Positions 63,353-64,000 of a stretch of DNA of 64,000 nt are shown piece by piece. Source of the stretch: Ostreococcus lucimarinus (taxonomy: Eukaryota); NCBI GenBank assembly GCA_000092065.1, contig CP000590.1; one strand, given 5' to 3'. The stretch's first letter is position 1. Each line of letters starts with the position of its first letter. The position numbers and the translations under genes are program-made. Below the pieces are notes generated by a model. The model saw only the letters and a list, made by a program, of their open reading frames with translations, was not told the DNA's origin and did not search any database.

Positions 63353-63451
63353 CGCGCTTCGCGAAGTGCGGGCGGCGCGCGCGGCGAATGTTGGTTTGAC
63401 CGAGATTGGTCGATTCGTAATGATAATGATACACGTCTACGTCGAATGCAA

Positions 63452-64000
63452 CTAGTCTTGATCTTCGTCGTCGTAATTATCGTCGCCGTCGTCGTCGTCG
63501 AGCGCGCGCGCGCGTAAGTCTTCGGTCTCCATGCGACTGCGCCGGCGCGATACGCGACGATGGGACTTGGTCTCGAGCTTGGCCTCGGTGCGCGTCGCGT
63601 CCTTGCCCGCCGCGGATTTAGTTTTCGTTCGCGATTCTCGACCGGACGCCATGCGTTCGGTGTCGGCGATCTGCTTGACCTCTTCGAACAGGTCGTAGTA
63701 TAAATCGTAGCGACGCTCTTCCCAGCACTCGTCGACGACGACGCATCCGGGCTCGTGACGATGGGTGCAGTCGGAAAACTGGCATCGCGCGTCAGAGCTC
63801 GCGAGGGCGTCGCGAATCTCGGGAAAACACATCGCGAGCTTGTCGGTGTCAAAGCCTTCGAGGGAAGGGTAGCCGAACCCTGGTGTGTCCGCGAGGAAAC
63901 CACCGACGTCGAGTCGAAGCAAGCTGACGTGCCGCGTCGTGTGTTTACCTCGACCGCTTCGCGTGCCCACGCCCTTGACGGATTGTAAATCTAAGTTTGA
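63452..64000 (-). CDS. rsgA: Ribosome small-subunit biogenesis GTPase RsgA/YjeQ, 3' (C-terminal) part. The gene continues beyond the window end, and the G1 motif is upstream and out of view.
   Basis: GRGKHTTRHVSLLRLDVGGFLADTPGF (RsgA G2/G3 region GRGRHTT...GG.L.DTPG). C-terminal zinc finger CQFSDCTHRHEPGC. Reading frame is open to the window edge. Confidence 0.6.
   Translation of the reverse strand, partial: SNLDLQSVKGVGTRSGRGKHTTRHVSLLRLDVGGFLADTPGFGYPSLEGFDTDKLAMCFPEIRDALASSDARCQFSDCTHRHEPGCVVVDECWEERRYDLYYDLFEEVKQIADTERMASGRESRTKTKSAAGKDATRTEAKLETKSHRRVSRRRSRMETEDLRARALDDDDGDDNYDDEDQD

Overview
This 64-kb window is gene-dense eukaryotic nuclear DNA, not prokaryotic, so the assumption that it might hold a prokaryotic-style system does not apply. 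The composition and gene content fit a GC-rich picoplanktonic green alga of the Mamiellophyceae type (Micromonas- or Ostreococcus-like); that assignment is inference from sequence. Supporting features: very high GC with CG-rich low-complexity spacers; short spliceosomal introns (GTGCG... donors, ...GCGCAG acceptors); organelle transit peptides; plant/algal gene content (VKOR-thioredoxin LTO1, an AMY3-type alpha-amylase with tandem CBM45 repeats, a CP12 domain protein, plastidic ATP sulfurylase, a CBM20 protein); plant-type telomere motif CCCTAAA; green-algal TGTAA poly(A)-like signals; and genes alternating head-to-head and tail-to-tail with 18-76 bp convergent spacers. I support about 40 protein-coding genes. 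They include two DEAD-box helicases (DBP2/DDX5-like and HAS1/DDX18), mitochondrial intermediate peptidase, two JmjC proteins, a RING-CH+PB1 protein, WDR61/SKI8, DnaJ, organellar IF3 (two exons), HSP60 (two exons), PrimPol, DNA2, ALG13, an ExoIII/APE nuclease (two exons), a CFA-synthase-like methyltransferase, EngB, a NUP50-like RanBD nucleoporin (two exons), TRM10, TRAP1/HSP90, TFIIS, an FHA protein, a 1440-aa sterol-sensing-domain RND-type membrane protein, and a partial RsgA. No rRNA, tRNA, transposon or CRISPR was recognisable. I could not identify a single clearly novel system; the most unusual things are listed here and detailed in the findings. (1) Interstitial plant-telomere/telo-box repeats lie in the promoters of the mitochondrial chaperone genes HSP60 and TRAP1 and two other genes. 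(2) A perfect 68-bp x3 tandem repeat carrying a TATA-like core lies upstream of DNA2. (3) An unannotated 51-codon metallothionein-like Cys-rich ORF lies downstream of a TATA box. (4) The RND/SSD transporter-like protein has an extracellular loop carrying a canonical EF-hand next to a ~100-residue extensin-like (S)Pn block. (5) The starch-related trio comprises AMY3, the CBM20 coiled-coil protein and the CP12 protein. (6) Divergent APE and methyltransferase genes have candidate start codons that physically overlap. (7) A consistent intron signature let me reconstruct split genes that the ORF track fragments.
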